Assembly (NCBI GenBank): GCA_965649765.1
Contig: OZ287754.1
Span: 35,836,001-35,900,000, forward strand
Direction: 5' to 3'
Origin: Bispira polyomma
Lineage: Eukaryota
Length of the DNA: 64,000 nucleotides
The notes under the pieces are model-generated. The model saw only the letters and a program-made list of their open reading frames with translations. It did no database searches and had not been told where the DNA came from. Shown here piece by piece: positions 1 through 13,099 of this stretch; position 1 is the first letter of the stretch; the number at the start of each line of letters is the position of its first letter. The position numbers and the translations under genes were made by a program.

Positions 1-1680
1 AATATTTCTATGCAAGTAGACGCGTGTCTAGAAGGCATTTGGGGAGTGTTAGGTAGTGACGTATTTACAGCCATGTTGCCTTTATGTATCAAACAATTAC
101 TTTCTATAGTCCACTTTGAGATGATAAGCCTCCTGGTAGCTATTCGACTGTGGAGACATAAGTTAAAGGATAAAACAGTATAAATTCAATCAGACAATGC
201 TGCAGTTGTTTCTGTGGTGCAGTCTTCTAAGACTAGGGACCTATACTTAAGTACATGTTTAAGGAACTTGTGGTTAGTATGTGCTAAACACAACATAACT
301 TTAACCATAAAACACATAAAAAGAACATAATAGCAGACGTGCTTTCTAGGTGGCATAAATTAGGGTCACATAGCTATGAAATGAAAAGTGAAATTGAGAA
401 TAACTTTATCATGAATGAGGTGGACGTTTTTAAATGAACAATGAAATCTAATTACAGGTAACTCAACAGCAGTCACAACCCTGATTTCTGAAGCTATGAT
501 GAAGATTCGTGACAGTCAACAACCAAGGACACGTTGACAATTCGAAAGACAATTCAGACTCTACATGGCCTTCATGGTCTACCATAACTTGGAGGATCAC
601 TTCTCTTCTACTTTCACTACTTGCTTTCATGAAATACTTGCACCTGGTGAATATTTCCAGTGAAGTGATTAATAATTACATAGCTGCAATCAGACATTCA
701 TGCAAATTATTACACATACAAAATAATTATTGCAGAATTGGGATGTATCAGAAATCCTTGGCAATTAATTCGAGATTCTCACCTAAACCAAAAGGCAGCT
801 TAGATATTTACCAATCAGAGCAAGTATCAAAACTATGTGAAACTTTGGCTTTCCCAGAGTCATACAGAACTGAGATATTGTTCGCTTTCTTTGGTTTCTT
901 AAGAATCTGAAACTTAACGCCTTCAAGCTTAAATACTTTTGACCCTACTAGGCACCTAAATAGGGCTGATGTATTATTTGCCGACCCAGGGATCCACCTA
1001 GTACTTAAGTGGTCGAAGACCAATCAAACCAGAGAGAATGCAAACATAATCCAGCTTCGGTATCTCAAAAACTCTTGGCTCTGCCCAGTGGCATCAGCTT
1101 AAGCTCTTTTTAGAAAGTACCCATTGCCTCCACTGTGCCCTTCACTGGCAAACCCGGGGTACAAGAGTAAATGCAGTTCAGATTCAAAATTAAGAGAGGC
1201 ATTAAGGTCTCTACTAATAAAAGTGGGTATCCCCCTTTAAGGTCACAGCTGGGGGCCGCGGTGGCCTAGTGGTTAGCAAGCATTGCGCTTCACAATCACT
1301 GGTCTCTCACCTTGAGGAGGCGTGAGTTTGACTCCTGTCGATGCCTATGTGGGAAAGGTGGTAGTTCCTCACTGTGGGCCGCTGGTTTCAGTGCATAACC
1401 TTGATCAACTGTATGCAGTGTTTCCTCCAGCGTTTCCAACTGCCCATCCCAATATAACCTAAACAGGTACTAGAGTGGACGTTAAATATGACAATTCAAA
1501 TTCAAGGTCACAATAATCACTGTCTGCGAAGATCAAGGGCTTCATTGGCTTTTAATACAAATGACAAATTACAATATATTGGGTGCTGGAAATCGGACAC
1601 CATATGGAATTACCTCTAATCGACTTCTCGTGCTGCTTCCATAATACCCCAAACATTTGCGGCTATAATCCCTCCTACTT
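1..1680 (+). mobile_element. Decayed DIRS/Ngaro-type tyrosine-recombinase retrotransposon (RNase H end + YR gene), truncated by window edge
   Basis: Frame 1 from base 1 reads QVDACLEG...VHFEMISLLVAIRLW...*IQSDNAAVV...CLRNLWLVCAKHNITL, then IADVLSRW (DIRS-like RNase HI motifs). From ~870: FAFFGFLRI*NLTP...FDPTRHLNRADV...LKWSKTNQ...LCPV. After the SINE: HCLRRSRASLAF...GCWKSDTIWNYL (YR catalytic R, K, HxxR, W, Y). Stops and frameshifts throughout. Confidence 0.88.
1251..1503 (+). mobile_element. tRNA-derived SINE family A, copy 1 (inserted in YR gene)
   Basis: GGGGGCCGCGGTGGCCTAGTGGTTAGC head (A box), B-box-like GAGTTTGACTCC, TTCAAA tail; AAGGTCACA on both sides (1239-1247, 1504-1512); six further copies in window. 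Confidence 0.92.
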
Positions 1681-3349
1681 AAATTCTTTTTTGACTTTGG
1701 CATTCATAAAAATTTACTTCATTTTAAATTTGTATGTACAGTTAAAGATTTAAACCATGTAAATAAAATTCTCCAAACATGTTTTAAATCATAGTTATCA
1801 CTGGCGTTGCTTTACACCAGTCCTTGCAACTTTAAAACGTCTGACAGCTACTGGTTAGTTGTATTTGTGGAATTATTAATAGATAAAGTAGCACTGATAT
1901 ACTGCATTGAGTACATCTACCACATTTAGCGGTGGTACGGGATTACTTAGCTGGACCGTTAATGAAGGGTGAAGTAGCCTTAAAGTTGTTAGAAACACTA
2001 ATGTGGTATCGGTATTTTAGGGTTATTTCTTTAATATACTTCATCTATTTAATATGTTTTGATGATCTTAATAGGTTTTCAAATCTGCCTTGATGGCAGC
2101 CATGCTTTTAAGGTTCGGTTCACAAGCAGAACTTGAGGGAAGTTACAGGATTATTTGGTAGCCAATAGAATACTTTAGATTATTTACTGCTGAACATTAG
2201 GTCACAGGTGTTGTCTGGGGGTTCCTCTGACTAATTTAGAATTAGTTAGTGTTCTAATCAGTATCTTGGCTGGTATAATCTGATGTTGTGTTTCAACTGA
2301 ACAGCTACACAGAACTGTTTCATGGCTGAGATTTGGTAAATAAACATTTCTGTTCTCGTCCAATTTTAGCAGAATTTGCGGTTTTTAATTTTGATGTTTT
2401 AAATCCAATATTTGGAATAGCAAAAGAATAGTCCGATAGGGAAAAAGGTTTGTGATTAGAGTTCAGTTGTGACCAGGAGACAAAAGTTAAGTTGATCCTA
2501 ATGTGTTTGTAGCTTTTTCTTTTCTGTAGGTACTGCAACTTTGTGTGATCTTGAACCAAGCTAATTTTTTGGTAAGAAACCAGGTTTCAAGACGATTCCC
2601 TCCGGTAAAATTGCTCAGAGACAACATAGATGATAAGAAGGCTGGCTGCTGCACTGTCTTAAAAATGAAGACATTTACCTTACATTTGATACAGAACTCA
2701 ATAGGTGCATTTTTTAAGGCAGAGGTGTTGCCTGTGAGCGTGCCTTATTTGACATGATTGGGGTAAGGAAGCTCCAGGTATATTGTATTGCCCATCTTCC
2801 TTTATCACTATGAATGAATTGTGCTTTATCAAGCAATACGTTTGAAGTTCAGTATTAAGAATTATAAATGAACTGAACCAGAATAACACAACAATATAAA
2901 ATGTGGCCGGTATGAGAGTGAAAAATATACAAAAGAGAAGCCAAGGTTTAGGTACAAATTGTGAACTTTTGATTAGAGCTTATTTGTTCACATTGAGGCC
3001 TAGAGTAAAATAGCAGGCTTGATGAATTAGCTTCTTTAAGACACGTCTGCTGAAACATCTCGCCTCCATTAAGACATGTGACACCAATTTGGCAGATTAC
3101 TAATGGTCCGTTGACGATATTTAGTATGTGTGCTGCATTTCTCAGACACGACTAGTTTTTTTCCTGTAAAAGTTACAGAAAACCTCTGTATTTAATAAGC
3201 CCATGTACTTTTGCTATTGTGAAAAAACACAACAATCTGGCTCCCAGCGTAATAAGGTGATAACCTTTTTAACCCTTTAAGTAGTAAAATCCTCTTCATG
3301 AAACAGTTATATGGACTCACGTAGTACTGTGAGTGATTTAATGTTTACA

Positions 3350-3351
<2 letters not shown>

Positions 3352-3413
<62 letters not shown>
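3352..3413. repeat. (TA)n microsatellite
   Basis: About 31 perfect TA units. Confidence 0.98.
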
Positions 3414-3416
<3 letters not shown>

Positions 3417-5747
3417 GTACAGGTGATGTTCAACTGGCAATTTAAATACCCTCTAGTGGGTGACAAAGTATGTTAGAAATACAGAAGACATGGCTTCGAT
3501 ACCAGTCTGAGTCTCAAAGCTATATAGTGGCTCGGGTGGCCACTTAAATTACTATTTTTTATAAATATGGATGAGGAAGATGATTTACACGCTCATGGGT
3601 TATTTTCATTTGAATCTTACTACCACAATTCACTGTATTCTTTATTAATTTAGTTTAGCTAGATAATTGCAAGTGTAAATATTACACAGCATGAATTTAA
3701 CAAAATAATGTTGTATTAATGCAAATAACTATATAAAGACAAGACTATATAAAGACAAAATCTGAACCGTCAAACAATCCCTTTGATCTCCGTACCAGGA
3801 ACTAGCTCATATATGCTTCTGAAGCCTTTTTTATTGCCCAATAAAAATGTAAAGGTTAAGCTACTATCAGTTTCGATTAATGTAACCAGATCTAAGATAA
3901 ATGGATGGGCTACATTTACTAGCTTTGACATGGAAACATTGATGTAAATACTACTCATTAACTGACAGTCAATTTTTCGTTGTTGTCCTAAAGTGTTTCT
4001 GGTTTTTAATTAGCGCGTACGTGCACGAATTACAGTAGAAGCTTTAATACCTGGCCGTGCAGCTAAATGGTGAGTCTGAAGTGAGGTGAGTTGTTCTCAG
4101 TTGAAAATGGCTGCCTATATACTACATATTTATGTGACATTAAAAAAACTCTTTTGGCATATATTAAGTACACCAGTTCCGTGCAGATTCGGAAGGAACA
4201 TCAGAAATCATGTTTAGTTGCTTGCTTTACATATAATGTGTTTTAGTCTCTTTTCAAATTGTGGCAAATAGTTCCTTTCATGTACATTTCATCTTGTAAG
4301 CATCCGACTCAACTCTGGACACATTTTGACCGGCACAAAGAATTGTGAAAACTTAGTCAGGGTTGTGTCAGGGTGACTGGACAATGAAGTGTTATTTGCA
4401 AACTCAGCATATAACTGTCTTGATTTGACGGTCATTTATCAATTGATTATGGCTGGGTTTCATTCAAAAGTATGATTGTCAGTTGCATCTAGCAAATCCT
4501 GGTTCGTGGGCTTTTATCTACGAATGGACGACCCGAAATGTATGCCCCCATCCCCGAGCTCCCCACTGCCACAAAGTTGTGGCATGTTTAAAACAATCTA
4601 TCACAAAACTGTCACGGTCCTGCCGCAAAAGTGACATACATTTCCATAACACCCACTAATGAGAAACAAATACATAACAATAACCAATACCCACTAATAC
4701 CTCACTGATACCAACGAATGGTCACTAACTGCTACCTGCCCCCCACATAACCTTTTCAAATGAGCTTTCTGCCAGGTATATTCTGAACATTTAAAAACTT
4801 TCGTGAAAGTGCTACTAATTTTCATGGATATCAATAGTTTTAAAGCACTCCAAATTTAGGCATACCACAAAGCTAGTTGAAACGTAAAAGCACTGTTCAA
4901 TACAAAGACATTTGTGGTGCATTCGTAACAGCCATCCATGTAAAAGATTAAAAAAAATGTAAAAAGAGTAATAAATTGTAAGGTAGAAGTATATGGGCTT
5001 CTAGTGGAATACTTATGGTATCCGGAGACTGCCCAAATCTACAGAGTAAACATTGCCATTAGCCCCAGAGTGTGCTTTATGGTGAGAAAACTGTGCAGTA
5101 AAATGTGACCAAGGCCGTCTGAATGGCCTAATGTTATGTATTGCTTCAAAATGATTCACAGGAATTCATGTGTTGAATACTATTAGTTGTTAAATAGTTG
5201 GTCAACTATGTCATTTGTAAGAGGGGTGGGAGTCAAAATAAAGAGTAGCATTATTGCTTTTGTTGTAGTTAACTCGTAGCCTTTCCAAGACACGTTTGGT
5301 TACATGATTTAAGTATTCAATTATTGGTGATACACTCACCTGTCAAAGTTTAATAATAGCATACCTTTCTGCCCTATGTGAGCACCAGATAAGGCTATTA
5401 GCCTCTCCACAGCCAACGACCAACATCAAAGATACTCCAAACAACAATCATTTTAGTGGGTATTATATAAGGCCTTCACTTTTTAGCTTTTTATGGATTT
5501 CATTGTTTAACCTCTAAGGTTATAGACGTATAGAATTTCACTTTGTGTTTTTACGTTTTGTTTGATCTTGTAGTTTACAGCAGCATCATTTATTTTTGGA
5601 ACCATTAAAAAGAATCTTTCCAAAAATATTTATACAAATGATTTTTAGGTGTAAAATGTAAATTAATAACAAATAGTCCGTTTTGTTCTCTTTTTATATT
5701 CCAATTCGTATATTCAATGATTCAGAGCAAATACATACATCATCAAG

Positions 5748-5838
5748 GGGGTGAGGGTCCAGGGGGTGATGGTGGGGTACATAGGGTGAGGGTCCAGGGG
5801 TGATGGCGGGGTACATAGGGTGAGGGTCCAGGGGTGAT
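5748..5838. repeat. G-rich ~37-bp tandem repeat, ~2.5 copies
   Basis: GGGTGAGGGTCCAGGGGTGATGG(T/C)GGGGTACATA repeated. Confidence 0.85.
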
Positions 5839-5888
5839 TTTCGCCCGGATGGTCGCACAGATGTCATTCCTTACCTAAAAAAAGTCAC

Positions 5889-6092
5889 TTAACAGCTCCC
5901 CCCCCCCCCCACACACACACTGCTTCACTTCTCTCTTTCAGTAACCGTAAGAGAGGCAACAGAATCTCTGTTTCTTTGGTCAGACCCATCAGGAAGGTGG
6001 GATCCAGAGCTTTCTCCATTGCAGCTCCCTTGTTATGAAACAGTTTTCCAGTTGACCTCAGATCAGTTGATACACTCATCGGTTTTAGAAAT
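5889..6092 (+). mobile_element. 3' fragment of L2/CR1-group LINE ORF2
   Basis: RPIRKVGSRAFSIAAPLL*NSFPVDLRS; closely similar to 46485-46670 and related to 28295-28480. Confidence 0.8.
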
Positions 6093-8419
6093 TCATAATA
6101 ATAATTAGTATTAAAAGCAAGTGAAGCACCTGAACACCAGAAGGGGAATGAAAACTGAAAGACCCTGTTACCATAACATGACAGAGTTAGTCAACAGGTT
6201 TTTAATAATCTTACTGTGTTTGAAGAATGAATGGTCTAAGACAAATTGGAGAAAATATGAATGCAGGGGGAAGTAAGAAAGATATCACCCTGGAGGTATT
6301 GGCACTTTGAAATTATATGAAATTGAAAAAAAGCTGCGATTCAAATGACTGTATATTAGACCCATATTTACAGAATGACATTTGACACTGCTGTAATTGC
6401 AGTATGTCGATAATGGTTTTGAATTTTAACTTTTTTTTGGTTATGGAGAGCGACTGAAAATACTTTAATAATCAGCCAATGCATATAGATTGACACCTAA
6501 TATGACCTAAGATTTTGCATTAATGCTGCCACGTGATTGAAACTGGCCTGCGAAATAAATATGGCCTTGCTGAACATAAGAATAACTTTTCCAAACAATT
6601 AACTAAAATCCGATTGTCCTTTGTACCACCATGCCCCATTGAAGGCATGTTGATGTTGTGTTTGACGAGATGTGTGGCTGTAATATCTGGTCAACTCCAC
6701 ACGTGACCTTAGACAGTCAATTTGTACATTAGTTGCCCATTATTTTAAAAATAACCTTTCCTGGATCTGTGAAAACTCAGAATTACATTGAATATGGTGA
6801 ACATAATTTAATGCAGCTAATGTACATTTGAGGTTGCCATTTAAGCGTCTCCTTAAATTATGCAGTTTTTATTTACCCATCGAGCACTAAGTCAGAGTTA
6901 ATATCATTTACACATTAATAACAGGTATTTTGATAAGTCTTCCCAGCAGCTTGCTTTGATGCGGAGTGTGTATGACTAACATGTAAAGACAAAACTACCA
7001 GGCAGTAGCCAAACAACTCTGTGGGTAAATGGAAACCACCGGTTACATTTTTGTTAGTTCAGTCCAAAGAAGGGCTGATTAATGTGGTTGTATGGCATCA
7101 TATGATGTGGATATAACTGAAGAAATTATGACCCTTTTAACAAACACCAAGATTTTAGATGTCTAACTCAGAGTTATTGATTCATCTTGTGTACCAAGAA
7201 GATAAATTATCATATATCTAAAACATACGTAAAACACAATGTACACATGTACATCTCCCAACAAATTTTATGAGAGATATTATGACAAATATGTATGGGT
7301 GCATTGGCCATATAAACACATGAATAAGAGTTAACCTTATTGATTTCTACAGACTGGTTTAACATAGAAAGTCAAATATAGTCTATATAGTCAAATGGGC
7401 ATCAAATTTTTTTCTGGCTTTTCATCATTGTTTTCATTAATTTATTGGTGAATATATGGTCTAACTAACAGCTGACGACAGGGTCTGACTTGTCGTTCAA
7501 TTTGGGGGGTTTTACGAACAAGGTTAACCAATAGTAAACTTACTAGGGCTTCCATTTACACAACACTTTGCAAACTAAGCCTTTACCAAGACCTAACAAA
7601 ATCGTTACTGTAACGAGGGCTTCGATTTACAGGCCCCTGGTTCTGTGGGCCTGTGGGTTTATGGTAAAACTGGTTCTTGCAGAAATGGGGTACAGGACCA
7701 ACAAGAAAGCAAGCTATTTTGGAGAAGACCTGGCTAGAAAGGCAAATCACGATTTGTTTTCACTTGTTGTCACTGTGTTGCCTTTGTATGCACTCTATTA
7801 AGTGTTCTTCTAGCCGTTTTGATTTATAATATAGCTTTAATACTCTGCAACGTATTTAAATAAAAGTTGATTTTGTTAAAAGACTTGTACTGTACCAACA
7901 CAGAAATAAGCGTAAAAAAGGTGCGCATAAGAAACTGAAATGTGATCTAGCATCTGCTTTCTTTCTCATTTTAAAGGTTATACTTCAGTGATCAGTTTGT
8001 TAAAAGTTCAATGATCACCTTATAATAGGTGTCATCTGATCAGTTACCAGGTATGTTGTGCTCTAATTGATGACATCTTACACGTGTTTTCTCATTAAAA
8101 ATATAACTCAGTCAATAGGCAGTGGCAACGTGATAATAACTATGTGTTTTGCAAATTTAGAACATTTCATATTATATTTTGTAGATGTGCAATTTTTTAG
8201 GAATTGTGTTTTGCAAATTATAATCAACAACGTTTCATCATAGGAAAAAAACACACACACAACATTACGAATGTCATTATCCTGTGGTAATTGATTAATA
8301 AAAAATAGAGCACAACCACGCGACAACTACTATTAAAAAACTCTTTTATAGGTAAAATAAATTAATTCCACACTTTAGGAGCGTCATAAGCAAAACTATG
8401 GTCAGATATGGTATATAAG

Positions 8420-9285
8420 ATAAGAGGTATGGAAGACTGACTTCACCTAGTATTGTGTAAACTTGTATAAGGAGAGAGGTGTGGAAGACTTATTTCACTT
8501 AGTATTGTGTAAACTTATATAATGAGTGAAGTGTGGAAGACTTACTTCACCTAGTATTGTGTAAACTTGTATAAAGAGAGAGGTATGGACACATAGTATT
8601 GTGTAAACTTATATAAGGAGAGAGGTATGAAAGACTCACTTCACCAAGGATTGTGTAAACTTGTATAAAGAGAGAGGTGTGGACACATAGTATTGTGTAA
8701 ACTTGTATAAAGAGAGAGGTATGGAAGACTTACTTCACCTTGTATTGTGTAAACTTATATAAGGAGAGAGGTATGGAAGACTTACTTCACCTAGTATTGT
8801 GTAAACTTGTATAAAGAGAGAGGTATGGAAGACTAACTTCACCTAGTATTGTGTAAACCTGTATAAAGAGAGAGGTATGGAAGACTTACTTTACTTAGTA
8901 TTGTGTAAACTTATATAAGGAGAGAGGTATGGAAGACTCACTTCACCTAGGATTGTGTAAACTTGTATAAAGAGAGAGGTGTGGACACATAGTATTGTGT
9001 AAACTTGTATAAAGAGAGAGGTATGGAAGACTAACTTCACCTAGTATTGTGTAAACTTGTATAAAGAGAGAGGTATGGAAGACTAACTTCACCTAGTATT
9101 GTGTAAACTTGTATAAAGAGAGAGGTATGGAAGACTTACTTTACTTAGTATTGTGTAAACTTATATAAGGAGAGAGGTATGGCAGACTTACTTTACTTAG
9201 TATTGTGTAAACCTATACAAGGAAATAGTGTGGAAGACTTGTTTCACCTAGTACTGTGTACACTTGTACCAGGAGAGGGGTATGA
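8420..9285. repeat. 52-bp minisatellite, ~17 copies with some shortened units
   Basis: Unit AGGTATGGAAGACTTACTTCACCTAGTATTGTGTAAACTTGTATAAAGAGAG; short variant ...GGACACATAGTATTG recurs. Confidence 0.95.
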
Positions 9286-9872
9286 TCGTAATACTGTGGA
9301 AGGCCTGATTTGGGAAAGTTGTAAACTAAAGTAACTGTTTTGATTGATATAAAATCGGTAGCCAGTGAAGACTAAATAGGAGTAATGTGAGTGCACTAGT
9401 GAAGACTTCTTAAACTAGGAGTAATGCGAGTGTACTCTAGCTAGGCCGTTTTGTAGGAAGTGCAACTTACTAAGATATAGCCTGGAACATTCTCCAGTAA
9501 CATGAATATTTAGTTTAATACAGCAAGATTTGTATAATACTTATACTTGGTTATGCTAGATTCGGAATAGTGCATTCTTTGGATGTTTTTGGTATTTTAC
9601 CATGATTACGTAAAATCGCTTACACTTTGCCTTTGTTGTTCTATGCGTCCCATTGTGGTCACATGGCTGATATATTTATGTTTTATCATCAGAGAATGTC
9701 TTAAGTAACAGTCGGTGGGGAGTATTAATCATTCAGGAGACATTTATTATTCTGAGAGCTCTGAAATAGATAACCGCTGAATACTTTAGTTGGACAATTG
9801 TAGATAACAATAGAGTGTTGCTGTATTTGTGATACAGCATGGTATCTATGATAGAACCAGAATCTATGTTAA

Positions 9873-10127
9873 TTTGAATTTGAATTTGGATATTTAACGT
9901 CCACTGTAGTACCTGTTTAGGTTATATTGGGACGGGTAGTTGGAAACACTGGAGGAAACACTGCATACAGTTGATCAAGGTTCTGCACTGAAACCAGCGG
10001 CCTACAGTAAGGAACTACCACCTTTCCCACATAGGCATCAACGGGATTCGAACTCATGCCGCCCAGAGGTGAGAGACCAGTGATTGTGAAGCGCAATGCT
10101 TGCTAACCACTAGGCCACCGCGGCCCC
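9873..10127 (-). mobile_element. SINE family A, copy 2
   Basis: Full reverse complement of copy 1 with (TTCAAA)n tail; perfect 14-bp TSD AGAATCTATGTTAA (9859-9872, 10128-10141). Confidence 0.95.
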
Positions 10128-10293
10128 AGAATCTATGTTAAACAAGAGAACAAATATATAGGCAAATATTTAAACAAAAGGTGCATCAATAAAATACTAT
10201 TTCTGAGTATCAGAATCTATGTTAAACAAGAGAACAAAAATCTAGGCAAAATATTTAGACAAAAAGGTGCATTAATAAAATACTATTTCTGAG
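10128..10293. repeat. ~84-bp tandem duplication
   Basis: AGAATCTATGTTAAACAAGAGAACAAA...GGTGCAT(C/T)AATAAAATACTATTTCTGAG twice; the SINE sits at the start of unit 1. Confidence 0.85.
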
Positions 10294-11977
10294 AACTCTT
10301 TGCTTCTCTTATAATATTATTATTTATTAACCTGACCCAAAATATATTGATCTCCAATGTCACATAAGTTGTCATCTATTCTGAGATAAATGTGCCATAG
10401 GGTCGACGATTGCACAGTTTCTGTACAGTTTACAACAAAAAGCAGCTATTGATTTGGTACTTAAAATTAACAACATAAGTAACATTTCTTGCATTAAATC
10501 TGCAATTGGTAAGAGATGTGTATTATAGATACATAATATACCATGTTGTCCTTGAAACAATTATAAAGTAACTGACATAGGTACTGATAATAGTAAATAT
10601 CAGAAATATAACATCGTAATTATACATAACTAGATCAAGAGAGACAAATCAATACTGCTGTTTACAATACTTAGTTATTTGATAACAAACCCTTCATACA
10701 TCTTATGTGTAATAAGATTCGATACACTTCATTGTTCTTGGTGTTCCGATTGGATAATTCCTGAAGTAAAATGAAAATGAGTTTACATAGATCTTTAATT
10801 CAATTTTATTTGGGACTCTAAGGGAATATTGCAAAAATAACCACCCAATGACTAGTGTATTTGTTGTGACAAGTTTTGGATCGTATTATTGTCAGTAAAT
10901 GCCAATACAAAGTATTCTAACTCCTCTATTATAGTCCCCTCCAGTTGCAGGATTTACAACACTGTGACATAAATTCGAATGATTCGTGACATTTTGCTGT
11001 TCCAAATGTGTTTATGTATTCGCTGCACGTGTACTTTTCACTTTCCTTTTTAATGACGGTGTCACGGTCTCCGAATGGACAGGCTAGAAATAGAAGGATC
11101 ACATAAAAGTGAAATAAAACACATCAAATTGTAGCATTGACATAAAAGTAAATGAACATTAAGTATTACTATTACCAGGAATGATCATTTAAAATGAGAG
11201 TAATTAGTAGTGCAGAACTGTGAACAAAATCTAGAGGAGATTATAAGGAACACTGTTCAGACATATACATAAAAGTCTAAATCAAGGCTTTAGGTCAAAT
11301 TGACGCAGTACAAGATGAGTATGTAATGCATGAACACAAAAACCAGGACATAAAATGGTATAGACATATACTTGAGACAAGATATGGGTAGATAGGGTTA
11401 AAAGAAATAAAGATATTGGTGGAATCACCCATGGCAACTATAGAAACCACCCATCTTTGGAGGTATAAAATGTGTATATTGTGATGATTGCTCCTTTACC
11501 TTCATTGTTTTGGTCCCGTCTCAGCTCACAGCTATGACAACAGATTGCTCTGTTGTGAGAACTGTAGCAGTGGAAGGCTTGCAGCTTACTACTACATAAC
11601 TTCTCAGACGCATCTTCACACTTTCGTCTATGCAGCTCTACAAAACAGCAAACAGTTATGGTCACGTTCTTCAAAATAACTAGTTCTTACTTAAGCTAAT
11701 ATCTAAGGTCTATTTACAGGGGGGCGTATACAACACGGAAAGCTCCGTTACAATGACTGGAAACAAGTACAGGTGATTTCCTTGTACATGACACCCCACA
11801 TAGAGTGTGCTGGTCTTAGTTTGATTCTCTAACATCAGCCAAACCCTGCAGTTTTTACCCTTAACATGTTGTTTTATTTATCTATTGTCCTGCACAAATA
11901 GTACAAGTTTCAATATTCAAACACAAAATTATGATATATGATTTTTAGTTCTTATCTTTAACATATGATCAAATAAT

Positions 11978-12026
11978 ATCTAGCATCAATAAAGCGCGTT
12001 AAAAAATCATAAAATTAATAATAATG
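11978..12026 (+). mobile_element. Extreme 3' tail of L2-like LINE
   Basis: CTAGCATCAATAAAGCGCGTTAAAAA matches the LINE end at 28627-28652 (CTAGCATCAATAAGGCGCATTAAAAA), followed by (AAT)n. Confidence 0.55.
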
Positions 12027-13099
12027 ATCATGTGCTTTAGATATTGCTGAAGATCATGATTACGGTAGGTCTATAAATGCCATGGTGTCTAATATAACAA
12101 CGTAGTCATGTATGTTTATTTGGTATATATGATCACGTTATTATAATGATGTTAAGGGTACTCTATTACTGTTTATTTTCTCTAACATGACAAGAATTTG
12201 TCCTTTCGGGATTTCTAAAATGGTTACAAAACAGAGCCAGGTTACAAAGTATAAGGTTAGGTATTTTTTTAGAAAAGCTACTTGAATAAATAATCATTGT
12301 AATAGCAAACTGTTACTGCTGCTCATGTATCTCACGTTTATAGAATGGTGCAGTTATCTTTCTAAATGTGATTAAATTCATGCTTATAGAGGAACGCATA
12401 CATTGGATGCTCAATATCACTCGTGTGAAATTAATGTATAGCAAATTGTAGCCTACAACCCACTAGTATAGACATCTGACATGATTTACAAACTAAACCT
12501 AGTTAAAAAGGCTTGTGGACACAAGGTAATTACAGTACATAACCATTTTTACTTCTTAGACACTATTAACTGAGAACTAGTAATGTTAGAGTTTGGGGAG
12601 GATTATATGTACATAGGTCTTAACCTTCAAGCTATTGATGTATAAATATCTTTTCAAGTTAATATCAATCAGTGCCTGGTAGGTTCAGGTGCCATTTACA
12701 ACTCCCCAGGGGGTAACGTCCCATGGGAAGACCGGACGATTCCAGGTATGTTGCACTTGCTATTTAGACAACTCAAAATAAGATATTCATTCTTTGTAAT
12801 TATTTGTGTAAGCCAATAATGTAAAGATATCGGCCATCCATATGAGATTATATTTTATATTAAAAACTCAAAAGTTCTAAAAATTCCATTTATTAATAAA
12901 TATCAAGTATACAATTTACAATTTAAAAAATAAAAATATATAACTTAACTAATCTTCTGATATTACAGAAAACAGATTATGTACAAATGTTACAATGTCA
13001 ATGTTTTAACTTCTATAGCACCACAATCGATGACCAGGCATCCTCTGTGAATAAATTAAAGTTTAAAAAGCAAAAGAATAGTCTAACAGGAGAAATAAA

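Noticed and set aside
4010-4115. Promoter/first-exon-like cluster (two GTGAGT donors, AAAATGGC YY1-like motif)
   Set aside because: Short motifs expected by chance; no linked downstream exon identified.
8420-9285. CRISPR-like appearance of this and other regular arrays
   Set aside because: Head-to-tail units without unique spacers, no cas genes, eukaryotic context.
9248-9325. Possible minus-strand exon seeding the 52-bp array (TAG|...CTAG|GTGAA)
   Set aside because: Weak donor and no recognisable peptide; cannot be supported without transcripts.
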